A DNA stretch of 64,000 nucleotides from Smithellaceae bacterium. Lineage in GTDB: Bacteria > Desulfobacterota > Syntrophia > Syntrophales > Smithellaceae. Positions 19,243-28,421 of this stretch are shown here, one piece after another. Location: the NCBI GenBank assembly GCA_030690945.1, contig JAUYFM010000007.1, forward strand, positions 59,134 to 123,133. The letters run 5' to 3'. A program made the translations under genes and the position numbers. The notes under the pieces are model-generated. The model was not told where the DNA came from. It saw nothing but the letters and a program-made list of their open reading frames with translations, and did not search any database. The stretch's first letter is position 1. Every line of letters begins with the position of its first letter.

Positions 19243-20661
19243 TTGGAGAAAGCAAGGCCAAAAGTCATCATCATCGGCGCGGGGTTCGGCGGCCTGTGGG
19301 CCGCCCGGACACTCGCGCATCAACCGGTGGATGTGGTTGTCATCGACCGCAACAACTACCATACTTTTCTGGCGCTCTTGTACCAGGTGGCGGCAGCGGA
19401 ACTCGACGCGGAAGATATTGCCTACCCGGTGCGCAGCGTCTTCTGGAAAATCCCGAATATCAATTTTATTCTGGCGCACGCGCGACGGATCGATTTGCAG
19501 AATCGTCAAATCGAAACAGATGCTGAAACTCTATCCTATGATTATCTGATCCTGGCAAACGGCAGCGTCACCTCCACATTCGGCGTGCCGGGTGTCGAAG
19601 AGTACGCCTATTTCCTCAAAACGCTGGAAGAAGCCGTCGCCTTGAAAAATCATATCATCTGCTGCTTTGAAGCGGCCTCCCGTGAAACGGATGTGGCAAG
19701 AAGAAAAACTCTTCTGACTTTTGTCATCGTCGGCGGCGGCGCAACCGGCGTGGAATACTCGGGGGCGCTGACCGAACTTATTCATGGCCCGCTCGTCAAG
19801 GATTATCCGACGATCGATTTTTCCGAAGTACGAATTATTCTGCTGGAGGCCGCCGGATACCTGGTAGCCCCCATGCCCGCTGACATCCGGGGCTACACGG
19901 CCGATCAGCTGCACAAAATGGGTGTGGATGTACGAATGAACGCTGCCGTTGCCGAAGTTACGCCGGGGAAAGTTTTTCTGAAGGTTACGGAAACTGATCC
20001 CCATTTGCAGGCGCGCAGGGAACGGTTTCACTACCCTAACCAGACTGGAAAGGTGGATCGAGGACACCAGACCGTTCCCTATACAGGAAGTCGAGGCAAA
20101 GAGAATATTGAAACGAACACGGTTGTCTGGACCGCAGGCGTTAAGGGAGAGGCGCTTGCCGCCGCTTCGGGAATTCCCGTAACACGCGATGGCCGGGTGG
20201 CGGTGCTGGATACCTTGCAAATACCGGAGCATCCTGAAATCTATGTGATCGGCGATCTGGCGTCTATTCAAGATGCAGCGCGCGCGCTGCCGATGGTTGC
20301 GCAGGTGGCGATTCAGTCCGGTGTGAGAGCTGCGAAAAATGTTTTGTGTCAAATCGCGGGGAAATTACCGCAGTCCTTCCGATATGCTGACCGGGGTTCG
20401 ATGATTGCCATCGGCCGTAAAGCGGCCGGAGTTGCCATCGGCAAGTTCACATTCAAGGGATTTTTCGCCTGGGTGATGTGGCTGGTTATCCATCTTTTCA
20501 ATCTGATCGGCTTCCGCAATCGGGTCATGGTGCTGACCAACTGGGCCTGGGATTACCTGCTGTATGAGCGAGCTGTGCGCTATGTTTTTCCGGCCCGAAT
20601 GCCCGCCGGTTCAAAGAGCGGTTCCTGCGCCGGGCCGGACAGGGATCATCATCATCCATGA
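19243..20661 (+). CDS. ndh: type II NADH dehydrogenase (NDH-2) family flavoprotein
   Basis: TTG start. GxGxxG IIGAGFGG and VGGGATGVE. VVWTAGV and YVIGDLA motifs. Contains an in-frame insertion of about 40 aa (see the repeat at 20017-20080). Confidence 0.85.
   Translation: MEKARPKVIIIGAGFGGLWAARTLAHQPVDVVVIDRNNYHTFLALLYQVAAAELDAEDIAYPVRSVFWKIPNINFILAHARRIDLQNRQIETDAETLSYDYLILANGSVTSTFGVPGVEEYAYFLKTLEEAVALKNHIICCFEAASRETDVARRKTLLTFVIVGGGATGVEYSGALTELIHGPLVKDYPTIDFSEVRIILLEAAGYLVAPMPADIRGYTADQLHKMGVDVRMNAAVAEVTPGKVFLKVTETDPHLQARRERFHYPNQTGKVDRGHQTVPYTGSRGKENIETNTVVWTAGVKGEALAAASGIPVTRDGRVAVLDTLQIPEHPEIYVIGDLASIQDAARALPMVAQVAIQSGVRAAKNVLCQIAGKLPQSFRYADRGSMIAIGRKAAGVAIGKFTFKGFFAWVMWLVIHLFNLIGFRNRVMVLTNWAWDYLLYERAVRYVFPARMPAGSKSGSCAGPDRDHHHP
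20017..20080. repeat. REP-like inverted repeat inside the ndh coding sequence
   Basis: AGGGAACGGT (20017-20026) ... ACCGTTCCCT (20071-20080). These are the same arms as the 28-bp REP palindrome, with a 44-bp centre. The reading frame is preserved (…RRERFHYPNQTGKVDRGHQTVPYT…). Confidence 0.6.
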
Positions 20662-20780
20662 CACATCTGGCCTGCAGAGGCGACACAGACATACGAACTG
20701 ACGCTCACTTTTTTGCGCAAAGCGCGGCGATTCTCCCCATCGCTATTCAGCGGCATTGATGCCGTCATATGATTTACGTT

Positions 20781-22865
20781 TCACGAAATGCGCTTCACGA
20801 TCGTCGCATCTACCGCCATGGGTTTCCCGTTAAATACCACCAGAGGATTGACGTCGATCTGCTCGATATCCGGGCAGGAGGCGGCGAGGTTACCCAGGTT
20901 CACCAATATACTTGCCATCAATTTCATATCCAACGGCTTTCTGCCGCGGAAGCCCTGAAGAAGTTTCTTGCCCGAAATGCGCCGGATCAGTTCTTTTGCG
21001 GTTGACGCGGAAAGCGGCGCGGGCGCGAAGACAACGTCCTTTTGCAGTTCGGAAAAAATGCCGCCCAGGCCAAACATTACGCACGGACCGAACTGCGAAT
21101 CTTGCAGTATGCCGACAATCAGTTCATATTCGATGGGCATCTGCCGCTGCAATAAAATTCTTCCCTTGCCTTTCATCCGGCGGGTCAAATTGGCATAGGC
21201 GGTTTTGAGTGCGGCGGTTGAGGTGATGTCCAGACAAACCAATCCCGATTCTGTTTTGTGGATCTGTCCTTTAGCGAGTCCCTTGAGGACAACGGGGTAT
21301 CCCATCCGGCGGGCGGCGGATGCAGCCTCGGCGGCCGATTCCACGATTTTTTCTTCAACCACGGGTATGTCATATGTTTTGAGCAGCCTTTTGCTGTCGT
21401 ATTCATCCCAGATTCGTTCGGGGCAGTCTGAAAGAATGGACGCAGTCTTCATCTGCAGTTTGTGTTTCCCGGTATGAATCAGTTGAGGTATTTTTTTGCG
21501 CGGCGTGTAACGCGACGCATACGTCAGGCATTCGACTGCACGGAACAATTCTCCGTGAACAGGGATAGAGCACTCCTGAGCCTCCCGCTTGAAGGCTCGA
21601 AGCGCGTCCCGTCGGCCGATAACCCAGAGAATCAAAACTTTTCCCTCCCGATCCGCCGCTTCCTTGAAGAGCCTCAACTGGTCGTAGTTGGGATAGAGGC
21701 CGACGAAGAAATGCAGAAAGATGACGTCCACTTGCGGATCTTTCACGACGGCGTTAAATGCGCTGTCATAGACGGCAATAGGGCCTTTGGCGGCAAAGGC
21801 GGGAAACATGTCAACGGGATTTGAGGCGGGCAGCCAGTCGGGAAATACGGAAGCCAGGTCTTTTTTTGTTGTAGCGGAAAGTTCGGCCACACGCAGCCCC
21901 TGTTGCTCGATCAAATCGCACGACAAGATGCCCGCGCCGCCGCTGAAGGTCAGAATCGCCGTCCGGCAATTTGCAGGCGTCTGTTTGATCATGGCCAGCG
22001 CGCGGGTTACTTCCATCATCTGCTGAAAGTCGCGCGCAATCGTCACCCCGGCCAGCGATAAAAGGGAATCCTGCAGCCGGGCGTTGCCGGCCAGACTCGA
22101 TGTGTGCGAAAGCGCCGCCTTAGCCCCCGCAGTGCTCTTACCGCCCTTGAGCAGGACAATCGGTTTTTTCGCCCGGTCCGCCAGTTCCAGAAATTTGCGT
22201 CCCCGCACAATCGATTCCAGATACAGGGCGACGGCGTCTGTTTCGTCGTCTTCGAGCAGGTATTCCAGCACGTCGCATTCGTCGATGTCCATTTTATTAC
22301 CGATGGAGCAGGCCTTGGCTATCCCCACGGCGCGTTCGCTCATCAAATCAACTAAAAATCCGGCGGAAAGCATACCGCTTTGCACCACCATGGAAATGCG
22401 GCCGTTAATCAAGCCGTCTTTGTAGATATTGGGGTGCATGAAGGTGAAAAAGAATCTTTTCGGGATATCCACCATGCCCATGCAGTTGGGTCCCCAGATG
22501 CGGATATCGGCCGCGCGGGCGAGAGCCAGGCAGCGCTCCTGAAGCAGACGGCCTTCCCTGCCGGTCTCGGCAAAACCGGCGCTTTCGATGATGACACGCT
22601 TAATGCCTTTGCGCCCGCAGGCTGTGAGTGCCTCGGGCACGGCGCGGGCGGGAACGATAATGATCGCCAGGTCGACCGGATCGGGAATCTCTTCCACCGT
22701 CGGATAACAAGGCAGGGTCTGGATGTCTGAATAATTGGGGTTAACGGGATAAATCGGGCCGGTGTATCCATAGCGTAGATTGGTGATAATCTGACTGCCC
22801 AGGCTGCCTTCGCGGGGACTGGCGCCGATGACGGCAATGGATGACGGCGAGAAAAAAGTTTTCAT
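20781..22865 (-). CDS. ADP-forming acetyl-CoA synthetase / NDP-forming acyl-CoA synthetase (fused alpha-beta)
   Basis: N-terminal CoA-binding domain (SIAVIGASPREGSLG), a succinyl-CoA-synthetase-like ligase domain and a C-terminal ATP-grasp. 694 aa. Confidence 0.85.
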   Translation of the reverse strand: MKTFFSPSSIAVIGASPREGSLGSQIITNLRYGYTGPIYPVNPNYSDIQTLPCYPTVEEIPDPVDLAIIIVPARAVPEALTACGRKGIKRVIIESAGFAETGREGRLLQERCLALARAADIRIWGPNCMGMVDIPKRFFFTFMHPNIYKDGLINGRISMVVQSGMLSAGFLVDLMSERAVGIAKACSIGNKMDIDECDVLEYLLEDDETDAVALYLESIVRGRKFLELADRAKKPIVLLKGGKSTAGAKAALSHTSSLAGNARLQDSLLSLAGVTIARDFQQMMEVTRALAMIKQTPANCRTAILTFSGGAGILSCDLIEQQGLRVAELSATTKKDLASVFPDWLPASNPVDMFPAFAAKGPIAVYDSAFNAVVKDPQVDVIFLHFFVGLYPNYDQLRLFKEAADREGKVLILWVIGRRDALRAFKREAQECSIPVHGELFRAVECLTYASRYTPRKKIPQLIHTGKHKLQMKTASILSDCPERIWDEYDSKRLLKTYDIPVVEEKIVESAAEAASAARRMGYPVVLKGLAKGQIHKTESGLVCLDITSTAALKTAYANLTRRMKGKGRILLQRQMPIEYELIVGILQDSQFGPCVMFGLGGIFSELQKDVVFAPAPLSASTAKELIRRISGKKLLQGFRGRKPLDMKLMASILVNLGNLAASCPDIEQIDVNPLVVFNGKPMAVDATIVKRIS

Positions 22866-22884
22866 AAGGGCTTACTCCAAAATA

Positions 22885-22950
22885 TTTAATCCCGCTGTTG
22901 CGGGACGAGCGTCAATTCTCCGCAGCGAGCTCGCGAGGTGTTTGATTAAT
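22885..22950 (+). repeat. family-A intergenic repeat, short form (66 bp)
   Basis: Its first 41 nt are identical to 8885-8925. It has a single palindrome CGAGCTCG instead of the duplicated CAGCTTGCTGCGA module. It ends in gattaa. Confidence 0.75.
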
Positions 22951-23076
22951 CAATGCGATTATTTTGTTACCATATTGAAGAAATCTGTCAATGCGTTTGT
23001 CAGGCGTTTGTCGGACGGTTTCATTAAATAATTATTAAAATTGATATTTTAGGTATAATATTATAAACAAGTTGCC

Positions 23077-24495
23077 ATGAAAAAGAATGATTTTCCCATG
23101 AATGCCTACGCCGGGATGGCTTTAATTGCCGATCCGATTCACTCCTACGCTTTTTTTACTGTGCCGCATGATAACGGGCCCGCGGAAAAGACGGAAAAGG
23201 ACATTCTTGATTCTCCCTGGATGCAGAGGCTTAGGCGCATTTATCAACTCCAGAGCGCCCGCTGGGTATATCCTGCGGCGGAACATACCCGTTTTCAGCA
23301 CTCGCTGGGAACGATGCATGTCGCGGGAGAATTTGCCCGTCACCTGTATCCCAGCCTCAAGGATGTCTGCAAGGACACGCCGTCTTTTAATTATGTGGAA
23401 GAATTGCTTCGTCTTGCGGGATTGCTCCATGACGTGGGACACGGCCCGTTCGGCCATTTTTTTGATGAACATTATCTCTCTGCCTGGGGGTTGACCCATG
23501 AAGATATAGGCCGGCAGATCATTATCAAAAAATTGGGCGGGGTCATTTCGCGAATTTCGCGTGGCCCGTCGGGCGCTTTTGCCCGAGGAGAAATATTAGA
23601 CCCGCAGCAGGTCGCCTATCTCATCAAAATGCCCGATCTCCGCCGTGAAGAAAAACAGCCGCGCTGGCTTCACTGGCTCAGGCAGTTGTTCTCCGGCATT
23701 TACACGGTTGATAATCTCGACTACGTCCAGCGCGACGCCTATATGACGGGTTTTTCTCTGGACATGGTTGATATGCCGCGCCTGCGCTACTACACATTTT
23801 TTACAAAAGACGGCCTGGCCCTTCATCAGTCCGGCATCTCGGCGCTCAGGCGTTTTCTCAACGCCCGCTTGAATCTATACAGTAATGTGTATTTTCACCG
23901 CACCACGCGCGCGCTGGATTTGCACTTGCAGGAAATTTTCTCGGACACGCTAAAACTCATTTACCCGGTAAGTCCCATGAAGAATCTCGACGCCTATCTC
24001 GGTTGCGATGAGTGGTCGCTGTTCAGCCAGGTACAGAGCTGGCTATTTACGAAAGACAAGCAAAAGCATAAGCTGGCGCTGGAGTGGCAGAAGATACATG
24101 CCCGCAAGCTGAAATGGAAAATGTCTTTTGCAGCCGAAATATCCATCGATTCGATTCAACGCGGAACGGTATTTCCGGACGCACAAAATTATGAGGCAAA
24201 GATCAAAACCTTTCTCCCCGCAAAACTCAAAAAGCTTCCGTTTCGCGTGGATGTAGCAACGCAGGACCCGCGTCCTTTGAATCCGATGGCTGTGCCGTCC
24301 AAACTCATCAATATCTTCAATCCGGCGACGGGGCATATTTCTTCCGAACCGCTGGCTGAGATTTACCGCTTCATTCCTGCGCGTGTACATCATTTCCGAG
24401 TTTTTGCGCTTAACCATGACCACGATAAAGAGCTGTCGAAGGCGGCGGAGGCGGCGCTGGGCAATATCGAAAAATCCATTCTGACGAACGTGTAA
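23077..24495 (+). CDS. HD-domain phosphohydrolase, SAMHD1/EF1143-like (putative dNTP triphosphohydrolase)
   Basis: RFQHSLGTMHV, LLHDVGHGPFGHFFD and VDNLDYVQRDAYMTG, the pattern of the COG1078-type HD family. The stop TAA lies 1 nt before the nrdD-like ATG. Confidence 0.8.
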   Translation: MKKNDFPMNAYAGMALIADPIHSYAFFTVPHDNGPAEKTEKDILDSPWMQRLRRIYQLQSARWVYPAAEHTRFQHSLGTMHVAGEFARHLYPSLKDVCKDTPSFNYVEELLRLAGLLHDVGHGPFGHFFDEHYLSAWGLTHEDIGRQIIIKKLGGVISRISRGPSGAFARGEILDPQQVAYLIKMPDLRREEKQPRWLHWLRQLFSGIYTVDNLDYVQRDAYMTGFSLDMVDMPRLRYYTFFTKDGLALHQSGISALRRFLNARLNLYSNVYFHRTTRALDLHLQEIFSDTLKLIYPVSPMKNLDAYLGCDEWSLFSQVQSWLFTKDKQKHKLALEWQKIHARKLKWKMSFAAEISIDSIQRGTVFPDAQNYEAKIKTFLPAKLKKLPFRVDVATQDPRPLNPMAVPSKLINIFNPATGHISSEPLAEIYRFIPARVHHFRVFALNHDHDKELSKAAEAALGNIEKSILTNV

Positions 24496-24496
24496 T

Positions 24497-26563
24497 ATGA
24501 TTGATTTCTCCGAAACGACAGATTTAACATTATTCATCCGTACGTCCGGCGAAGAGATCGCGCCGTGGAACCGCCAGCGTATTGTGGACGCTCTGCTGCG
24601 CGAAGCGGGCATTGATTATCTGCTGGCGGCGGAAATTTCCAAGGACGTCGAAAAACAGATTATCGCCTCCGGCATCGGCCTTTTGACGACATCGCTGGTG
24701 CGCGAGCTGGTGAACGCCAAGCTCATTGAGCGGGGATTGGAAAAGGAGCGCCGTCTGCACGGCCGCCTGGGATTTCCCCTCTACGATGTCCGCCAGCTTA
24801 TTTTGCACCAGAACAAGGAAAACGCCAACACGCCTCATTCTCCCGAGGGCACCAATCTGCTTTTTGCCGAAGGCATTAAAAAAGAATTTTCGCTCTACGA
24901 CGTTTTTTCCATCGACGTTGGAGAAGCGCACACGGCGGGCGACCTGCACATTCACGGATTGGGGTATATTGACCGCCCCTACAGTTGCTGCCAGTCGCTG
25001 GAATATCTGAAACTTTTCGGATTGAAACTGCCGCACGCGATCAATTCCGCCAAACCCGCCAGGCACGCGGAAGTGTTGCTGGCACACATGGTGCGCTTCA
25101 GCGCCATTCTCCAGGGGCACTTTACCGGCACGATCAGCTGGGACGCGCTCAACATTTCTTTCGCGCCGTATTTGTGCGGCAAGAGCGACAAGGAAATCCG
25201 CCAGTTTGCGCAGATGCTCGTCTATGAATTTTCCCAGCTTTCCGCCGCGCGCGGCGGCCAGGCGCTCTACACGGACATTCATCTTTATTATGATCTGCCG
25301 GCGACTTGGGCGGATCTTCCCGCCATCGGGCCTGCAGGAATTCCCACCGGCAAAACCTATCGTGATTATACGCCGGAGGCGCAGCGCCTTGCCCGGGCGA
25401 TTTTCGAAGTCTTTCAAAAAGGCGACGCGACGGGCAGGCCCTTTATTCTGCCCCGGCCGCTTCTCCATATTACCGAAGCGTTCTTCCGCGAGCCCGCCGC
25501 TGATGATCTGCTGCGCCAGGCTTGCGATGTGGCGGGGTCTCAGGGCAACACCTGTTTTGTATTCGACCGCGGCCCCGACGCGCTGACGGCCGGTTGTTTC
25601 AACAGCGTTTTTCTAGAGGAGGCGTCCGTCAGGGGGGAATTGACCAAGCCCTGGCTTTTGCGCCAGGCCGCCGTGCAAAGCGTGACGTTGAATCTGCCGC
25701 GCCTGGGCTATAAGGCCGAAGGCGATGAGGAAAAGCTCTTTGGCTATTTAAAAGAATTAATGAAGACGGCCGCCCAGGCGCACATCCAGAAAAAAGACTT
25801 TCTGGAAAAACTTTTATCTTATGCCGAGCAGGGGCCGCTGGCGGTGCTGGCGATGAACGCCGATGGCTGTCCTTTTTTGAGGATGAACCGCGCCTACTAC
25901 ATCATCGGTCTTGTCGGTCTCAACGAACTGGCTATGATTTTTCAGGGCGGGCCGTTGCATGCATCGCCGGAAGCCATGGATTTCGGCTTGCGGATCGTCG
26001 CCTTTATGCGGCGTGAGGCCGAGCAATTAAGTTCGGAGCTGGGGATGACGTTTGTCCTGGAGCAGTCGCCGGCGGAAACCACGGCGTATCGCTTTGCGAG
26101 GCTTGATCTGAAATATTACTCGCCTGCCGCCGGACGTTTTGTTCAAGGCGATATCGCCGAAGGGTCCATCTACTATACGAACTCCACGCATCTCCATGCC
26201 GCGGCGGATATCGCGCCTCTGCAAAGAGTCATTGAAGAAGGGAAATTCCATCCATACCTGGCGGGAGAAGTCATTACGCATCTGCAATTGGGCGATGCCA
26301 ATCCCGGCCCGGATGCGCTTGTTCGTTTTTTGCGTAACATCTTTGACCAGTCCGTCAACCGTCAGATTGATTTTACACCGGAATTCACCTCGTGTCTTTC
26401 CTGCGGGAAAACCGCGCCGGGCCTGACTGAAAGATGCGGCTACTGCGGCTCGGCCGATGTTGAAGGCATCGCCCGGCTCACCAAATATTACAGCAAAATT
26501 TCCGGCTGGAACAAAGGAAAGATTGCGGAACTTCGCAGCAGAAAAATCAGCGGCGATTTTTAG
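24497..26563 (+). CDS. nrdD: class III (anaerobic) ribonucleotide reductase-like protein with a non-canonical glycyl-radical site
   Basis: N-terminal ATP-cone. AHTAGDLHIHGLGY...CC motif. TLNLPRLGY. C-terminal Zn ribbon CLSCG...CGYCG. The radical motif reads ARLTKYYSKISGWNKGK, where the family consensus is R-[IV]-[TS/C]-G-Y. Confidence 0.85.
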   Translation: MIDFSETTDLTLFIRTSGEEIAPWNRQRIVDALLREAGIDYLLAAEISKDVEKQIIASGIGLLTTSLVRELVNAKLIERGLEKERRLHGRLGFPLYDVRQLILHQNKENANTPHSPEGTNLLFAEGIKKEFSLYDVFSIDVGEAHTAGDLHIHGLGYIDRPYSCCQSLEYLKLFGLKLPHAINSAKPARHAEVLLAHMVRFSAILQGHFTGTISWDALNISFAPYLCGKSDKEIRQFAQMLVYEFSQLSAARGGQALYTDIHLYYDLPATWADLPAIGPAGIPTGKTYRDYTPEAQRLARAIFEVFQKGDATGRPFILPRPLLHITEAFFREPAADDLLRQACDVAGSQGNTCFVFDRGPDALTAGCFNSVFLEEASVRGELTKPWLLRQAAVQSVTLNLPRLGYKAEGDEEKLFGYLKELMKTAAQAHIQKKDFLEKLLSYAEQGPLAVLAMNADGCPFLRMNRAYYIIGLVGLNELAMIFQGGPLHASPEAMDFGLRIVAFMRREAEQLSSELGMTFVLEQSPAETTAYRFARLDLKYYSPAAGRFVQGDIAEGSIYYTNSTHLHAAADIAPLQRVIEEGKFHPYLAGEVITHLQLGDANPGPDALVRFLRNIFDQSVNRQIDFTPEFTSCLSCGKTAPGLTERCGYCGSADVEGIARLTKYYSKISGWNKGKIAELRSRKISGDF

Positions 26564-26688
26564 ATGATCAGCCATGCAATTCTTTGCCTTTGTTATGTTT
26601 ACACACGCCAGTCTTTTTTCTTGACAAACGAAAGATAGTTTTCAATCATTTGAATCATACGACAATTTGTTGTGGAAAGGAGGGTCAA

Positions 26689-27192
26689 ATGTTTCGTTAT
26701 ATATTTATGATCGTTTGCCTCATGCTGCTTGGCTCTTTATGGTTTGGCTCAACCGCCGTCGCGCAAAAAACCATGAATGTTCAGGTTAAAGAAAGCCAAT
26801 TGCGGGCCACGCCGTCGCATTTGGGTAAAGTCGTGGCCAGGACAACTTACGGCAGTCCGGTGACGGTATTGGAAGAGCGGGGTGCCTGGAAAAGAGTGTC
26901 ACTGGGCAGCGGGAAAAATCAGGGATGGATGCACAATACAGCCCTGACTAGTAAAAGAATAGCCCTGAAAGCAGGGCAGAGCAATGTGGGGACTTCCGTC
27001 ACCCGCGATGAAATCGCGCTCGCGGGCAAGGGCTTCAGCGAAGAGGTGGAGGCCCAATATCGCAAGAGCAACAAAAAGCTTGACTACACATGGATCAATA
27101 AGATGGAAGCCATGAAGGTGTCTCAGGATCAAATGGAAGATTTTATATCCGGTGGTCGCCTGACACCTGGCGGGGAAGGGGGCAGGCCATGA
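26689..27192 (+). CDS. exported SH3b-domain protein
   Basis: ATG at 26689 after GGAAAGGAGGG. Signal peptide MFRYIFMIVCLMLLGSLWFGSTAVAQ. SH3b-like segment VKESQLRATPSHLGKVV...GAWKRVSL...GWMHNTAL. Confidence 0.6.
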   Translation: MFRYIFMIVCLMLLGSLWFGSTAVAQKTMNVQVKESQLRATPSHLGKVVARTTYGSPVTVLEERGAWKRVSLGSGKNQGWMHNTALTSKRIALKAGQSNVGTSVTRDEIALAGKGFSEEVEAQYRKSNKKLDYTWINKMEAMKVSQDQMEDFISGGRLTPGGEGGRP

Positions 27193-28106
27193 ATAAGCAC
27201 TTTTGGCAAACAGGGTTTATCCTGCTGACTTTAATTACTCTGACGGGCTGCGCGGCTGTGGAAACGGCGACGACTGTGGCTACGACGGTTGGCGAGGCCA
27301 CCGGCACGATCAGCAAGTCTCAAGGTCAGTCCATACGCAAAAGCACTGCGGCCGTGTCGAAGAGCCTGGAAGATTTTACGCCGGAACAGGAATACTATAT
27401 CGGACGAACCGTCGGTGCGGTGGTTCTGGGAAAGTATTCGGCTTCAGCAGATGCAAAAGTCAATGCCTATCTCAATGTGCTCGGTCAGACGCTGGCCCAG
27501 GCGTCGGATATGCCTGAACTGTTTGGCGGGTATCATTTTCTCGTTTTGGATTCCGACGATATCAACGCCTTTGCCACATCGGGCGGCCACATCTTTATTA
27601 CCCGCGGGCTGATACGCTGCTGCCGGACGGAAGACGCGCTGGCCGCTGTTTTAGCGCATGAGATCGGTCATGTTCAGTTAAGGCACGGCATGAAGGCCAT
27701 CGAAAAAGCGCGGATGACGGAGGCGCTTTCGATTCTGGCACAGGAAGGGGCCAAGTCGTTCGGTTCCCAGGAAGTCGCACAATTAACTCAGGCTTTCGGG
27801 GGTGTGATTTCCGATATCACCAACACGATGATCAACAACGGCTATTCCCGTTCTTATGAATATCAGGCCGATGCGGCGGCGGTGTCCATCCTTCAGCGGA
27901 TGAGTTACAATTCCGGCGCGCTGACCGATATGCTGGGCGTCATGGCCAGGCAAATAAAACCGGGTGGATCTGATTTTGCCAAGACGCATCCTTCGCCGCA
28001 GAACCGGATTGCCGAGTTGAAGGAAAGCGGAAAGTCGCTTGCCGTCGCTGAGACGCCGGCCATCCGCAAAGAGAGATTTACCAAAGCAGTAGGCCATCTA
28101 CTGTAG
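27189..28106 (+). CDS. M48-family zinc metallopeptidase lipoprotein
   Basis: Lipobox LTGC. HEXXH LAHEIGHVQLRHG. ATGA overlap with the preceding gene. Confidence 0.85.
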   Translation: MNKHFWQTGFILLTLITLTGCAAVETATTVATTVGEATGTISKSQGQSIRKSTAAVSKSLEDFTPEQEYYIGRTVGAVVLGKYSASADAKVNAYLNVLGQTLAQASDMPELFGGYHFLVLDSDDINAFATSGGHIFITRGLIRCCRTEDALAAVLAHEIGHVQLRHGMKAIEKARMTEALSILAQEGAKSFGSQEVAQLTQAFGGVISDITNTMINNGYSRSYEYQADAAAVSILQRMSYNSGALTDMLGVMARQIKPGGSDFAKTHPSPQNRIAELKESGKSLAVAETPAIRKERFTKAVGHLL

Positions 28107-28183
28107 GGAATGTTCGCCCAGGCAGGAATTCCGGCGCATTAGGATAATGTCCCCCGCTACCCTAAAGGGCACGCGTGTCGGCA

Positions 28184-28307
28184 GGCTGTGTCGTAATTAT
28201 AAAAATTGTCATTCCGAACGTATGTGAGGAATCTTAAAGTGTTGAATTTATTAAAAACAAGATTTCTCGCTTTGCTTCGAAATGACACAAAAGTGAATTG
28301 CGACACA
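28184..28307 (+). mobile_element. family-B MITE-like element, copy 1 (degenerate ends)
   Basis: About 92% identical to copy 2. Termini ctgtgtcgtaatt / gaattgcgacaca. Confidence 0.7.
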
Positions 28308-28421
28308 TTCTCCGGGGGCAGGGGTAGATATTTTTGTTGATATTGCCGTAATGTTTTATCGTAGGGCGCGCGTCAGACCCAACAATTTCCACCTCCGTCA
28401 CTGCGTGACACCTCCGCCAGG

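Noticed and set aside
22866-23076. I looked for NrdR boxes and a clear promoter upstream of the HD/nrdD-like pair.
   Set aside because: No ACAC-N-GTGT-type 16-bp palindromes were seen. A TATAAT hexamer sits in very AT-rich DNA without a matching -35, so nothing is reportable.
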